Positions 63,076 through 64,000 of a stretch of 64,000 bases of DNA are shown one piece after another. The stretch's first letter is position 1, and each line of letters begins with the position of its first letter. Made by a program: the position numbers and the translations under genes. Source of the stretch: Raja brachyura (lineage: Eukaryota); NCBI GenBank assembly GCA_963514005.1, contig OY740798.1:20584001-20648000 (forward strand), written 5' to 3'. The notes under the pieces are model-generated. The model saw nothing but the letters and a program-made list of their open reading frames with translations. It was not told the origin of the DNA and ran no database searches.

Positions 63076-63735
63076 TCATAAGGAATAGGACATTAGGCCA
63101 TTTGGCCCATCAAGTCTATTCTGTCATTCAATCATGGCTGATCAATCTCTCCCTCCTAACCCAATTCTCCTGACTTCTCCCCATAACCCCTAACACCTGT
63201 ACTAATCAAGAATCTATATATCTCTGCCTTACAAATATCCACTGACTTGACATCCACAGCCTTCTGTGACAAAGAATTCCACAGATTCACCACCCTCTGA
63301 CTAAATACATTTCTCATCTCCTTCCTAAAAGAATGTCCTTTAATTCTGAGGCTATGACCTCTAGTGCTAGACTCTCCCACTCATGGAAACATACTCTCCA
63401 CATCAACTCTATCCAATCCTTTCTCTATTCTGTATGTTCCAATTAGGTCCTCCCTCATTCTTCTAAACTCCAGCGAGTCCAGTCCCAGTGCTGACAAATG
63501 CTCATCATAGGTTAACCTACTCATTCCTGGGATCATTCTTGTAAACCTCCTCTGAACCCTTGCCGGAGTCAGCACATTCTTCCTCAGATATGGTGCCCAA
63601 AATTGCTCACAAAATTCCAAATGTAGCCTTACCAGCACCTTATAGAGCCTCAACATTACATCCCTGTTTTTGTATACAAGCCTTCTTGAAATAAATGCTA
63701 GCATTGAGTTTGCTTTCTTTATTACCGATAGGAAC
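63076..63735 (-). mobile_element. CR1 LINE 3' part
   Basis: LRLYKVLVRLHLEFC.QFWAP...RGHSLRIKG..FSQRVVNLWNSL. Confidence 0.9.
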
Positions 63736-64000
63736 CTATGTTTAAATGATATTTAAATATTATTTGATCTTAATTTCACAAGGTTACCATCACTATTTCT
63801 TTGCGTTACTGCCTTGAATGTTATATTTCAAAGGTTATGGGGAGAAGGCAGGAGAATGGAATTGAGAGGAATAGATCAGCTATGATTGAATGGCGGAGTA
63901 GACTCGATGGATTGAATGGTCTAATTCTGCTCCAATGACTTATGAACCTATGAACATATTTGATGCTCAGATGAATTACTAAAGAAACTGATAGCAAACT

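Noticed and set aside
62724-64000. RAG1 coding sequence
   Set aside because: Not present in this window. It is expected further right on the - strand from the conserved convergent RAG1/RAG2 layout.

Overview
Vertebrate genomic DNA, very probably from a cartilaginous fish (skate/ray-like; inferred from the RAG2 sequence and the CR1/V-SINE/Penelope repeat landscape). It covers the RAG2 side of the RAG locus. The single RAG2 coding exon lies on + at 61164-62723. On the - strand I reconstructed the complete, ORF-track-invisible gene IFTAP (C11orf74/NWC). It has five phase-compatible coding exons (27197-27326, 23644-23780, 17855-17921, 10461-10594, 9046-9219; 213 aa). Its likely non-coding first exon lies in a CpG-rich promoter at about 59.86-60.05 kb, which carries a ZNF143 site and an RFX X-box. 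A lymphoid-type motif cluster followed by a splice donor at 56.4-56.6 kb is a candidate RAG2 promoter/exon 1, which would make the two genes overlap antisense. The rest is largely transposon-derived: a structurally complete DIRS1 element, a second truncated DIRS1, BEL/Pao, Gypsy, L1/Tx1, Rex1/Babar, CR1, RTE, Penelope fragments with hammerhead-like cores, V-SINEs, and PIF/Harbinger and hAT-like MITEs. Homology calls come from recalled family motifs, not database searches, and most repeat boundaries are approximate.
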